The notes under the pieces were generated by a model. It made no database searches and was not told the DNA's origin. It was given only the letters and a program-made list of their open reading frames with translations. Of a DNA stretch of 57,929 bases, positions 50,401 through 57,929 are shown in pieces. This DNA comes from a virus (taxonomy: Duplodnaviria; Caudoviricetes), in the IMG/VR virus record IMGVR_UViG_3300032050_000160, positions 1 to 57,929 of that record. The stretch is one strand, 5' to 3'. The translations under genes and the position numbers were made by a program. The stretch's first letter is position 1; every line of letters begins with the position of its first letter.

Positions 50401-51109
50401 TTACAAAATAGTATCCAGGATTATCTGATAATCCATATGCGCTTGCCTGAACAACTTTAGATGTTGGAAGAGCAATATTTGATGGCAAATCTATAGTTGT
50501 TACACCTAAAGATTGAGATTGAAACTCTTCTGCCCATTGACCAAAAGTAATTCCATTTATATAAAATATATAATCGTTTAAATCTGTAGACTGTCCCAAA
50601 TAATTTATCTTTATAACTAATCTTAATGGTAGATCAGTAGATTCTGGACTAAATGTTTCAGATAAAAAGTACCATCTGCTAGAAAGTGATGCATCATATG
50701 ATTTTAATACATCTATATATTGTTCTTGTGCATCATCATAATATCTATAACCTATATCTATACTTAGTGCATAAGAACTGAGCGTATAAAAATAAGATCC
50801 GATTGAAAAAGTTTTAAGTGTATCATTTAATTGATTTACATTAACTATTTCTGGACTAACTAATGTTACTGAAAATAATCCTTCTGGAACTGCAACTGGA
50901 GTAATTTTATTAATAACACTATCTGGGAATGGTGCATCTAAAAGTTCTTCAGTTACTATAGAAGATCCATTATCAATAGACCAAGTGGAGGTATCTCTTT
51001 GTGCCTCTGAAATTATAGAGACATAATCAGCCTTATCATCAAGTGCCCACAAAAACTGAGGGTGCTCAGAGAATATTTTTTCTGCATATAGATTTGATGG
51101 GCTAGACAT
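47402..51109 (-). CDS. Large virion protein with LamG/concanavalin-like domains
   Basis: EHPQFLWALDD start, FTLEFWIR, LNGEEV, IDCVALY; 1235 aa. Confidence 0.6.
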   Translation of the reverse strand: MSSPSNLYAEKIFSEHPQFLWALDDKADYVSIISEAQRDTSTWSIDNGSSIVTEELLDAPFPDSVINKITPVAVPEGLFSVTLVSPEIVNVNQLNDTLKTFSIGSYFYTLSSYALSIDIGYRYYDDAQEQYIDVLKSYDASLSSRWYFLSETFSPESTDLPLRLVIKINYLGQSTDLNDYIFYINGITFGQWAEEFQSQSLGVTTIDLPSNIALPTSKVVQASAYGLSDNPGYYFVNNNSLMAKNFGMPMVFGSQNITKLYSNNNSPSLIVPSNGMMSNNGKHQDFTLEFWIRTNNSSTQSKRIVGPIASTDGLYLNGPFLVLKINNQYSSYYVGHWERPMLIHWKYSSNLTTVLLNGEEVISIVIDAHSISLPESFNNLGKSQDWIGFYAYENIEPIEIDCVALYTYLVPLLVAKRRFVYGQGVQYPENLNASYGGNSVVFDYSFADYTKNYNYPDLGSWSQASLDNIVVQENYLTTPNFNVPSIVTNNTSKTQVNMLADCAVIQNESSLFLDLRPNSSWDTTNSYLYFNDFSLSGERVHAFYGLFKKPLSYSGNQVLIRIEDSNFNYFSIECFNNDVRYIFKYGGASEQILYEALAVENNKMFAVGIEVDIFRDYFGDNVLSFFSNQSALKMYVGGTKEFTKTFTGNIYKVALCSEKNVKDISNLFNLIGVPKDYENIFNLYGPGVDYDGGDADQDFWNYYINYQNPFDFDADEFLNVVLSDHKPSLGVVPKNYFDSFYLDVDVKGSWKDYVPLSYFGQYITDEYGDSRFGLDYIQFNVNYPAPAKFKETEVIDIDGWTYSELNQEYSYPQQRTYESLDNYLYTGYINYQDLAERSLKTYSYDTTGATLKTYITFEYLETGANASNGFFVNIEDVPKNGVITPGSNWINTKYEVVDNVLIYPPKNVDFNDLAIVMHLEFEVDGIKHKPIKIKSLQLASQAFNYNTVNNIGTRFGTNVYPYVNTGYYYNYKAKNPITIYKGSSPYLYLTRYSGLEIRGNHDPLINRGVAIPVNANKTADYEVMAMQSLIRFNSDFFPYAPTQIMQINSKGKIIKFYMVANHPDGKRAKIYAIDGNTGALYNGISFYINGNVVKEPVLNVNEWAMLGIGFPSVLNFKSYAGSIMINGPIIFDDLSYYQTTSLQEIQAVSKRPWARVKFAIDGLFDWEYWNDYYVWQGVLVQSSISYYGVSPADLYKAYTGTNKIIIDDSRPLRFGDYEYAVFKDVEWQSQVSDAV

Positions 51110-51129
51110 TATGAGTCTATTTTATCATA

Positions 51130-53160
51130 CTACGAGATTTTTATTTCGCAAGCATCTGTAGTACAGTACATTTCGCCCTGTGCCTCCAGATTTTCTGCTC
51201 CATCATAAATTGCAGACCAATCGATCTTTTTAATCTGACCAATATATGAGTTATATTCCTCTTCAGTTATTTCAGTGTATGGTTGTTGTGGATACACCTT
51301 ATTTCCCATCGGCAAGAATGAAACTGCTTTTAACTGTCCTTCGTACATATGAAGTGCAGGCGCTATATGCTTTGTTTCAGTTTCCTTGTCAAATGAAAGC
51401 GTTACAGACACGCCGTTATCAGACCAGTATTTCTGAGCAGTAGCAGCAAGCGCAATCTTCTCAAATAATGTTACATCCTTTTCAGATCTTGCGTGACCAG
51501 AATGTACTGGGAAATATACGACAGTTGTATTCGCAGATACAAGGTCAGCCTCCATCTTATATCCAGCAGCCTTGAATAAGTGAATCATTGGATCTGTATT
51601 CCCAAAACGAATTGCTCTCAAGAAATAGTTTCCTCCAGGCGCCCAGTGAACTCCAGGTGTTGCGCCAGAAAGAATTGATACAGACCCTGATGGTTTAACA
51701 GTTGTGACTCTAATGGAATCACGAACGCACAACCACTCAGAATAGGAATGATCATATTTACGAATAGTCTCATATCCTTCGTCCATCCATTCACGCACAA
51801 CAGGCAAACCAAATTTGTCTGAGAATGAAGCAATACCTGTAAGTGATGTTCCGATACGACGATTACGCTGCATAATTCCATTTGTCTGTTGCCAGTGTGT
51901 TGGTATCAGCGTTACCGTCTTGCCATATAGATATGCAAACTTTAATGTCCGCAAGAAATCTTCTTTAGACTCATGACGATTTAAATGTACTTCAACCAAG
52001 GTACATAATTCGTATGATTCCAGTGGCTGCTCTGCACATGGATTAAATCCCATGACTCTATAATCTTTACCATCTGCAGGATCTTTTAAACGCCCGTAGT
52101 TTCTTGCAACATCTAACCATATAAAACCAGGTTCACCATTATTTGCTATTAGGTCTACATAGTCTTCGTACTTTGTACCTACCGTCGCAGAAATAGAGTT
52201 ATTTGACATCCATGCCCAGCCTGGATTTTCTGGATCAAATGAATTTCTTTCTGGGAAGGCCTCTGAATTCTTAAGATTCATAAAGTCTTGATCTTTAGCA
52301 TCACCCAAAGCCAGAGTTGCAGATCGTCTAACATTTCCTGATACCACACAGGTACCAATGAGGTTTACGATATCTACTATTGCTCTTGAGTCAAGGGTTT
52401 CTCCTGCTCTACCGCCGATTACAGACCTTATCTGCTTGTGTAGTTGAATAAGTGGTGCAGGACCGCTTGCCGTACCTCCAAAACCTTTAATAGGGGCACC
52501 CAAAGGCCTAATAAGGTCATAGTTAAATTCCTGAATATACATATTAGGCTTCAAAAACGAATTAATTAATAATCTAACAGACTCTACCCAACCTTCACGA
52601 GTATCTGGTATTTCATATACTTGTGGTGGTTCTGTTGGGCTATAGATAGAAAGTTTTTTCTCCCCGCCCAAGGTATCAAACCCTACACCTACACCCATCA
52701 TTAAGGCATCCATTACCCAACCAAATAATTGTCCTGGATCATTACGATCAATATCTTTGGTAGATACCATGGCGCAGTTTTGAAGTGCTGCGGAATTCTT
52801 CTTTTCCATTGTAAGCGCTGTTCCAAAAGACCAAAGCCCTCTTCCTGGCGGAGTCCACTTTAATTCAAATAAACGCTGATATGCCTCTTTTGCAGAAGCC
52901 TGTGCCTTGTAGTCATTCCAAGGTAGTCTGTTTTCTTTAGCGTGATTCTTTTGGGCTGAATACATACCCTCGATTACACGACGGCAAACCTCATACCATC
53001 TTTCCTTAGTTCCATCTTCCTTCATACGAGAGTAGGTACGAATAAATGTAATCTCTCCTAATGAATTACCCCCAGCATCTGCAAATCCAAATGGTGGTTC
53101 CTTTGATTTATACTCATTTATAAAATCTTCAGACAAATGAAAACTAAAAAAATCTGACAC
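51130..53160 (-). CDS. nrdJ: Class II (adenosylcobalamin-dependent) monomeric ribonucleotide reductase
   Basis: PPGRGLW, LQNC, VVSGNVRRSA, NPCAEQ (thiyl Cys), TVKPSG, C-terminal CTTDAC redox pair. Confidence 0.93.
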   Translation of the reverse strand: MSDFFSFHLSEDFINEYKSKEPPFGFADAGGNSLGEITFIRTYSRMKEDGTKERWYEVCRRVIEGMYSAQKNHAKENRLPWNDYKAQASAKEAYQRLFELKWTPPGRGLWSFGTALTMEKKNSAALQNCAMVSTKDIDRNDPGQLFGWVMDALMMGVGVGFDTLGGEKKLSIYSPTEPPQVYEIPDTREGWVESVRLLINSFLKPNMYIQEFNYDLIRPLGAPIKGFGGTASGPAPLIQLHKQIRSVIGGRAGETLDSRAIVDIVNLIGTCVVSGNVRRSATLALGDAKDQDFMNLKNSEAFPERNSFDPENPGWAWMSNNSISATVGTKYEDYVDLIANNGEPGFIWLDVARNYGRLKDPADGKDYRVMGFNPCAEQPLESYELCTLVEVHLNRHESKEDFLRTLKFAYLYGKTVTLIPTHWQQTNGIMQRNRRIGTSLTGIASFSDKFGLPVVREWMDEGYETIRKYDHSYSEWLCVRDSIRVTTVKPSGSVSILSGATPGVHWAPGGNYFLRAIRFGNTDPMIHLFKAAGYKMEADLVSANTTVVYFPVHSGHARSEKDVTLFEKIALAATAQKYWSDNGVSVTLSFDKETETKHIAPALHMYEGQLKAVSFLPMGNKVYPQQPYTEITEEEYNSYIGQIKKIDWSAIYDGAENLEAQGEMYCTTDACEIKIS

Positions 53161-53192
53161 TGTTGTTCTCCTTAAGAAACTGTAATTAGTAA

Positions 53193-53225
53193 AGTATACC
53201 AGAGTTTTTGCTTTTACAAAACTCT
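53193..53225 (-). promoter_or_regulatory. nrdJ promoter with overlapping inverted repeat
   Basis: TGGTATACT -10; AGAGTTTT(T)G-N6-CAAAACTCT at 53201-53225. Confidence 0.5.
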
Positions 53226-53248
53226 AATTGTATTATTTAGGTTTATGG

Positions 53249-53995
53249 TTAGATGTAACTCTTTTTTTTCCACATCATTCTTCGATAACCAGAATTAAAT
53301 ACTGATCTTACTTTGTTTACTATCTCTTTTACTTTTTCATTTTCTTTTTGATCTTTAATAATTTCAGAAACAAAGTCTTGTCTCATAAAAGGTATTACCT
53401 GAACCAATGGAGTTCCTTTTTGAACATATCCTCTAAAATCTTTTTTAACTAAAAATGATAGCAAACCATCAGATGGATAAGAATCAATATCTATAACTGC
53501 AGAAACCGCATATAACGGGGATACTTCGTGATGTTGTGGTTGTATAAAAAATGCACTTACTCCTTTACTTCCTTTTGCAACCCAGATAGGATTGATTCTA
53601 AAAATATGCTCAATATATTGATCTTTGTCTATTGGATAACCTTCTACTTGCTTAATATCATGAGTTCCTATCATTGGTTTTATACCAGAATTAGAAAATG
53701 ATTCCATTGCCTTTGGAATTTGAAAAACTTGTTTTCCATCAGTAGTATCAATATATATATCAAATGGTGCCTTAATTATGTACCCGCTTGAAAGCATATC
53801 TAAAAATGCAACGCACCTTTTAACAGTTAATCTTTGTACACCATCGATTGGCGTATCATTACCTTCATAAAAAGGTAGAATTTTTTTAAACCAGGATGGT
53901 ATTTCTTTGAATGCTGGAACTGGTTCTGGAAATAAATCTACAGTTTTTGGCATTGTAGATACAAATGATATTTTTGCAGATTTGTCTTTACTCAT
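53249..53995 (-). CDS. Hypothetical protein, DUF6065-like/dUTPase-fold-like
   Basis: P.P....P.WF, TVKRC..FLD....GY, NP.W, GTPLVQVIPF.R motifs; leaderless TGATATACT-N6-ATG. Confidence 0.5.
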   Translation of the reverse strand: MSKDKSAKISFVSTMPKTVDLFPEPVPAFKEIPSWFKKILPFYEGNDTPIDGVQRLTVKRCVAFLDMLSSGYIIKAPFDIYIDTTDGKQVFQIPKAMESFSNSGIKPMIGTHDIKQVEGYPIDKDQYIEHIFRINPIWVAKGSKGVSAFFIQPQHHEVSPLYAVSAVIDIDSYPSDGLLSFLVKKDFRGYVQKGTPLVQVIPFMRQDFVSEIIKDQKENEKVKEIVNKVRSVFNSGYRRMMWKKKSYI

Positions 53996-54030
53996 ATTAA
54001 GAGTATATCATAAGTTAAAAACTTCTGATA

Positions 54031-55608
54031 TTAGACTAGCGGATCTGGTCTATCAAATACTAACATCTTCTTAGTAAAGAAGTTATCATATGGCTCACAG
54101 TTAATAGATATCTTATTTAGATCCATATTTATTGTCTCTACCAAGGTTATATCAACAAAAGATCCAGTTTCTGGCGAAAAGATCTTATAACTTGTATCAA
54201 TATCTGCAGCACTTATAAATTTAGTTGCTGCTCCCTTTTGTACTAAAATATAGTGTGTTGTAGAGAATAAATCTCCATCAACATATATAAATTGGGATTC
54301 AGGAACAGTAGTCAAAGAAACAATCTGAGTTTCTACAATATCTTCAGAACTTAATGATAGAGTAGAAGAATCTACCTCCCAATTAACCCAATCTGAGTTT
54401 CCTGGATTTGGAATATTAAGTGCTAATAATGTATCTCCAACCTGTAATTCTCCAGCAGTCTTAGAAGAACCTGGTGCTCCAGGAATTAGAACTTCAGTTG
54501 TTGCTGCTAACGATATAGCAGAAAAAGCATATGCTCCGAATGCACCGAAGGCACCGAATGCACCGAACGCACCGAATGCACCGAAGGCACCGAAGGCACC
54601 GAATGCACCGAATGCACCGAAGGCACCGAAGGCACCGAATGCACCGAACGCACCGAACGCACCGAATGCGCCGAATGCACCGAACGCACCGAAGGCTCCA
54701 AACGGAGCAAAGCCGAATGGTGCAAATGAAAATGTTGTAACTGATCCAGAATTTGATGATGTTCCAGAAACTCCATTTGCATTGTCTGCTCTAACATTAT
54801 AAGTTTGTGCAGTTCCGCATTCCTGAGAAACAGTAACAGATGTGCTTCCTGTATTTCCAGATTTTCCGTCAGATGATGTCCAGTAATAATTTGTAATTGC
54901 CTTACCGCCATTATTAGGAGCATTCCAAGATACTGAATCATTACATTGATTTGCTATAGTGGATGCTGAAGGAGCACCTGGTGTATCTGGAACAGTTGTG
55001 ATAAGTATTCCACTAGATGCTGATGATGCTGCAGATGTTCCATTAGCGTTAGTTGCTGTAACAGTAAATGTCTGTGTTGATCCAGAGGAAAGTCCTGTTA
55101 CTGTTAATGGGGATGATGATCCTCCAATAGAAGGACCAGCACTTGCAGTTGCTGTATAAGAACTAATTGCCTTACCACCAGTTGCACCTGCACTAAAGTT
55201 AACAGTTGCAGCACCATTATTGAAAGGACGATTTGTTCCAACGTCAGCAACTGAAGAAATTGAAGGTGCTTGTGGAACAGTTGTTGCAGTAATAGAGTTA
55301 GATGCGCTTGATGGGCTTCCAGTTCCTGCTGCATTTGTTCCTGTAACTGTAAAGGTATATGAAGTATTAGACTGCAGACCTGTTACTGTTATTGGAGAAG
55401 ATGCACCTGTTGCAGTGTACCCTCCTGGAGAAGATGTAACTGTGTAAGATGTCGCTGCGTTAGGTCCAGTTGGAGTAAATGTTACTGTTGCAGCACCATT
55501 ATTATATGCTCTTCCTGTTCCAACATCTGTTGCTGTTCCTATCGTTGGTGCATAAGGTGCCAAAAAGTCATTTGCACTTTGGCTCATTCTACCTGCTTGC
55601 TTTGACAT
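54031..55608 (-). CDS. FN3-repeat protein with a (Gly-Ala-Phe)18 tract and a C-terminal Hint domain
   Basis: Three FN3-like repeats (GLQSNTSYTFTVTGTNAAG); Hint blocks SLAATTEVL, ELQVGD.LL, STTH, INCEPYDNFF, LVFD. Confidence 0.8.
   Translation of the reverse strand: MSKQAGRMSQSANDFLAPYAPTIGTATDVGTGRAYNNGAATVTFTPTGPNAATSYTVTSSPGGYTATGASSPITVTGLQSNTSYTFTVTGTNAAGTGSPSSASNSITATTVPQAPSISSVADVGTNRPFNNGAATVNFSAGATGGKAISSYTATASAGPSIGGSSSPLTVTGLSSGSTQTFTVTATNANGTSAASSASSGILITTVPDTPGAPSASTIANQCNDSVSWNAPNNGGKAITNYYWTSSDGKSGNTGSTSVTVSQECGTAQTYNVRADNANGVSGTSSNSGSVTTFSFAPFGFAPFGAFGAFGAFGAFGAFGAFGAFGAFGAFGAFGAFGAFGAFGAFGAFGAFGAFGAFGAYAFSAISLAATTEVLIPGAPGSSKTAGELQVGDTLLALNIPNPGNSDWVNWEVDSSTLSLSSEDIVETQIVSLTTVPESQFIYVDGDLFSTTHYILVQKGAATKFISAADIDTSYKIFSPETGSFVDITLVETINMDLNKISINCEPYDNFFTKKMLVFDRPDPLV
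54538..54699 (-). repeat. 18 x 9-bp tandem repeat GGN-GCN-TTC encoding (GAF)18
   Basis: Plus-strand unit gaaNgcacc; 162 bp counted; followed by GAY. Confidence 0.97.
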
Positions 55609-55631
55609 AGTTAATCTCCTTTAATTTATTA

Positions 55632-57365
55632 TTATGCTGATAAGTCTCCGAAGACCAGCCATCCACTTGAAGTTTTGATTGCTGTTGCAACTGAGTTAGT
55701 TGTTCTGAACTTTAATCCTGGAGTTCCTACAACGCTATTGGTTGAAGCAAATTGTGCTCCAGTACCAGAAGCCTGATAGAAATCAATAGATTGTCCAGTT
55801 GAGTAGCCTGTTGCAGGAAGTGTAATTGTTACTGCTCCTGTTAGAGGAATAAACTTATCCTGCTCTCCTGCTGCAATAGTTGCAGAGGATGAAATTGCTG
55901 TTGCAAATGTTGTAATAGAAGGTACACCAGCCTTTGCCTGTGTTCCATCAGAGAATACAATACCTGCTGCTGGCAAAGTTACTGTGCCAGTGAATGTTGG
56001 TGAATTGATTGGTGCTTTTGCTGCAAGGCTATTTGTAACTGTTGTAGAGAAGTTAGCATCATTTCCAAGCGCTGTTGCCAATTCATTTAATGTATTTAAT
56101 GCTGATGGTGCAGATGCAATTAGATCAGCAACTGCCCCAGTTACGAATGCTGTTGTAGCAATCTGAGTAGTATTAGTTCCTGCTGTTGCAGTTGGGGCAG
56201 TTGGAGTTCCAGTAAGTGCTGGAGATGCCAATGGTGCCTTTAGAGCAAGGTCGGAAGTTAGACCAGTAACATCAGCCTGTGCGACTGCTGCAGATGAGGA
56301 CAATACGCCAGAAGCATTTGTCTTAACATATCCTGCAGTTGAAAGTGGTGTTGTTACAGTTCCAGTAAATGTTGGCGATGCCAAAGGTGCCTTAAGATCA
56401 AGAGCAGCCTGTGTATCATCTGAAATTGGCTTATCTGCATCTGAAGTATTATCAACATTGCCTAAACCGACATCTGCCTTTACAAGTCCTGAAGGAGATG
56501 TAATAGTCTTATTAGTAAGAGTTTGAACTCCTGCTAAAGTTACAAGGTTTGCAGTATCTGCAATTCCATGTACGTTAGTCTGATCTGAGTTATGAGTAGA
56601 AACTGCACTATCTGCATATGCCTTTGTTGCAAGAGCAGAGGTATCTGCAATTCCATGAACATCTGTTGTATCATCATTATGTCCTGAAACTGCATTTGAA
56701 ATTGCAGTATTTCTTGTTGCAGCCTCTGATGTTAGTGCCGTATTTAATGCTGCTGCGGCTGATGCTAAGGTTGCTGCATCTCCTGCTGCTGCAGTTGCTT
56801 CTGCTGCAGACTGTGCAGCGTTAGCCTTTGAAGTAGCATCTGCTGCTGCTGCAGCGATTGCTGCTGCTTCTGCAGCGTTAGCCTTTGTAGTAGCATCTGA
56901 TGATGCTGCATTTTGTGCTGCTGTTGCTGCTGTATTTACAAAAGTTTGTGTTGCAAGTGCTGCTGTATCAGCAATACCATGAACACTTGTTGTTGCACTT
57001 GTATGATTTGTTACTGAATCAACACCAGCCTTTTGTGAAAGAGCATTTGTTATTGTTGAAGCAAATGAAGAATCACTATTAATTGCTACTGCTAACTCAT
57101 TTAAAGTATTAAGTGCTGCAGGTGCTCCTGCAACTAAGTTGTTTACTGCTGTAGCGACCTTTGAATCAATTGTTGACTCAATCGCTGTTGTATCAAAATC
57201 TGACGCATCTGCGAAATAGGAGAGAGCAGACCAGGCAGATGATCCATTACCCATCTTGAATTTGCCAGTATCTGTTTCAAATCCGATTTCTCCTGCTGCT
57301 AAAATTGGGTTTGCGCTAGTCCACTGTGCTGCGGTTCCTCTGCGCTGTTGCATTCTTGTTGCCAT
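55632..57365 (-). CDS. Tail fibre protein with Mtd-N/hyaluronidase-N-like N-terminus
   Basis: QRRGTAAQWTSANPILAAGEIGFETDTGKFKMGNG; 2x AP.ALNTLNELA, 3x VHGIADT, 3x KAP..SP..TGT repeats. Confidence 0.8.
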   Translation of the reverse strand: MATRMQQRRGTAAQWTSANPILAAGEIGFETDTGKFKMGNGSSAWSALSYFADASDFDTTAIESTIDSKVATAVNNLVAGAPAALNTLNELAVAINSDSSFASTITNALSQKAGVDSVTNHTSATTSVHGIADTAALATQTFVNTAATAAQNAASSDATTKANAAEAAAIAAAAADATSKANAAQSAAEATAAAGDAATLASAAAALNTALTSEAATRNTAISNAVSGHNDDTTDVHGIADTSALATKAYADSAVSTHNSDQTNVHGIADTANLVTLAGVQTLTNKTITSPSGLVKADVGLGNVDNTSDADKPISDDTQAALDLKAPLASPTFTGTVTTPLSTAGYVKTNASGVLSSSAAVAQADVTGLTSDLALKAPLASPALTGTPTAPTATAGTNTTQIATTAFVTGAVADLIASAPSALNTLNELATALGNDANFSTTVTNSLAAKAPINSPTFTGTVTLPAAGIVFSDGTQAKAGVPSITTFATAISSSATIAAGEQDKFIPLTGAVTITLPATGYSTGQSIDFYQASGTGAQFASTNSVVGTPGLKFRTTNSVATAIKTSSGWLVFGDLSA

Positions 57366-57423
57366 TTATCTCTCCTTGTGGTATTTCTACCGTTTTATTT
57401 CTGTGCTTATTATAACATCAATT

Positions 57424-57879
57424 TTAGTTGAAGTTATCTGTTGCGCTACCACCATCATAAACCAAAGTCCATGAGTTGGTATTATAGGATCCCGCATCTA
57501 CTGGGGTTCCTTGTGGATCATTAAAACTACCGCCACTTATAAACTGAGATACTATGAAACCAGTTCCATCGATAGCAGTATCGTGAATGTGATCTGGTAG
57601 ACCCAATGTATCATCAATTGATGCCATTGTAATCCATGATCCAGAATAATAAACATTAACTCTTGATGTTAATGTGTCAAACCACAAATCACCGTTATCT
57701 GGTGTAGAGGGAGCGGTAGCCCCAACTTCCATACCGCCTACTACTGAGTCAACATATGCCTTAGTAGCAGCGTGGGTACCTAATGTAGGAGTTGCTACAT
57801 CTACTGTACCTCCGAAACTTCCGCCACCAGTGACGATAAGTCCATTTTTAACCTTGAAGTCTTTATTGACTGTTGCCAA
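57424..57879 (-). CDS. Tail fibre-associated protein
   Basis: (M)ATVNKDFKVKNGL, HAATKAYVD, APSTPDNGDLWFDT; likely TTG start after GAGGGAG. Confidence 0.65.
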   Translation of the reverse strand: MATVNKDFKVKNGLIVTGGGSFGGTVDVATPTLGTHAATKAYVDSVVGGMEVGATAPSTPDNGDLWFDTLTSRVNVYYSGSWITMASIDDTLGLPDHIHDTAIDGTGFIVSQFISGGSFNDPQGTPVDAGSYNTNSWTLVYDGGSATDNFN

Positions 57880-57909
57880 GATTACCACTCCCTCTTTTTA
57901 TTTATTTTG

Positions 57910-57929
57910 TTATGCTAAAAGCGTTCCGA
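57910..57929 (-). CDS. 3' end of an upstream gene (...GTLLA*)
   Basis: GGA ACG CTT TTA GCA TAA at the window edge; too short to confirm. Confidence 0.35.

Noticed and set aside
53161-53248. Cobalamin riboswitch or NrdR box before nrdJ
   Set aside because: The leader after the -10 is only about 30 nt and no consensus match was recognised.
54031-54513. Canonical mobile intein
   Set aside because: C-terminal location, no homing endonuclease, no His-Asn end and no +1 Cys/Ser/Thr.
54538-54699. Possible CRISPR array
   Set aside because: Contiguous 9-bp units without spacers, inside a CDS.
54507-54941. Alternative-frame ORFs with MHRRHR or SVHSVP repeats
   Set aside because: Shadow translations of the 9-bp repeat; variation is synonymous only in the GAF frame.
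55632-57365. Diversity-generating retroelement target (Mtd-like N-terminus)
   Set aside because: No reverse transcriptase or template/variable repeat pair seen in the window; this N-terminal domain is a general fibre attachment module.
1-57929. tRNA genes, integrase or alternative genetic code
   Set aside because: Intergenic gaps are short with no cloverleaf seen, no recombinase of that type was recognised, and long genes translate intact with the standard code.

Overview
This window is a contiguous piece of a large, AT-rich tailed dsDNA phage genome with a long non-contractile-tail (siphovirus-type) gene set. Every credible gene is on the minus strand. In transcription order (right to left): tail fibre/adhesin genes, including an FN3-(Gly-Ala-Phe)18-Hint protein; a class II ribonucleotide reductase; a LamG-like virion protein; portal, prohead protease/scaffold, major capsid, head-tail joining and tail tube genes; two paralogous tail assembly chaperones; a 2999-aa tape measure and tail-tip genes; a replication/recombination block (DnaB, primase, SSB, DnaE, MazG, RecA, Cas4-like, RuvC-like); terminase subunits; secreted, surface and membrane proteins; a CHAP endolysin; and an HslV-like Ntn peptidase. 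An actinobacterial, possibly freshwater low-GC, host is inferred from gene content and leaderless promoters but is not shown. The most notable signals are: (1) a Hedgehog-like, cleavage-only Hint domain directly after a perfect (GAF)18 repeat; (2) gpG/gpGT-type chaperones encoded as duplicated genes instead of by frameshift; (3) a tape measure with three copies of a conserved motif bracketing a basic, possibly nuclease-like cargo; (4) three tandem DnaA-box-like 9-mers before the capsid operon; and (5) a recurring extended -10 promoter, often leaderless. No tRNA, CRISPR array or integrase was seen. All protein calls come from motif recognition by eye; no searches were run.
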